Assembly (NCBI GenBank): GCA_011109175.1
Contig: RDEW01000007.1
Coordinates: 1,192,295-1,256,294 of the forward strand
Reading direction: 5' to 3'
Length of the DNA: 64,000 bases
Source of the DNA: Dicyema japonicum
Taxonomy: Eukaryota; Animalia; Dicyemida
Below are positions 63,621-64,000 of this stretch, piece after piece (position 1 is the stretch's first letter; every line of letters starts with the position of its first letter). The translations under genes and the position numbers were made by a program. The notes below the pieces were generated by a model. That model was not told the DNA's origin, ran no database searches, and saw nothing but the letters and a program-made list of their open reading frames with translations.

Positions 63621-64000
63621 GATGATAGTTACTCTTGTAACTTCATCATAGTTTTTAACTTTCAGCCTATGTCTATGCTCGATTATCATGCTCTCTAAAG
63701 TTTTTTTAATCGTCATTGATCGGATGTTTGCCTTTGTAGAGACATCCACGTTGAGTCTTTCCATATAGGAATTGTAATAGTTCTTTGTTACTACTCCATC
63801 CCATGTCAAAAAAATCGGAATTATTGTCACCTTGGCCTTGTGAATTTGTGCTAGTTCTTCTGCCAGAAGGTCGTATTTGTGGAGTTTTTTTACTTCAACA
63901 TGTTTTAACAAATCTTGGGAAGTGACCCTACTTCTATTAGTATAATTTCGTTCTTGGATTTATCGTGTACGAAAATATCAGGTTTGTTATTTTTAACTTG
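63620..64000 (-). mobile_element. R4/Dong-like RLE element 3' region
   Basis: KNNKPDIFVHDK, VEVKKLHKYDLLAEEL and IIPIFLTWDGVVT. Same family as 9385-9860. Confidence 0.8.

Noticed and set aside
1-64000. Prokaryotic retron, DGR or group II intron system suggested by the many RTs
   Set aside because: All RTs carry non-LTR hallmarks (APE or RLE domains, tails, TSDs), and the host genes have spliceosomal introns.

Overview
AT-rich eukaryotic (animal-like) genomic DNA, mostly nested and decayed transposable elements, with a few host genes between them. Clear host genes are STT3 (minus), RPL26 (plus) and a MAP4K/GCK-I kinase with a CNH domain (minus); there is also a probable orphan Cys-rich gene. 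The introns I could delimit are only 21-29 nt, which points to a reduced parasite such as a dicyemid (inference). Single-base indels in essential genes suggest an unpolished long-read consensus. Non-LTR retroelements include RTE (one near-intact copy with an 11-bp TSD), Ingi-like, Jockey/I-like, CRE and R4/Dong-like types. DNA transposons include two hAT elements with TIRs and 8-bp TSDs, pogo/Tigger, Tc1, a Ginger-like element and MITEs. There are also two SINE families, a ~4 kb segmental duplication, a ~329-bp satellite and a ~49-bp minisatellite. The most interesting signal is an HDV-like double-pseudoknot ribozyme fold with compensatory base changes. It sits at the 5' end of an Ingi-like LINE, just upstream of a decayed 2A (StopGo) peptide and the APE domain, and the same module forms the body of a multi-copy SINE-like element. 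Clade calls are from motif recognition only; no searches were run.
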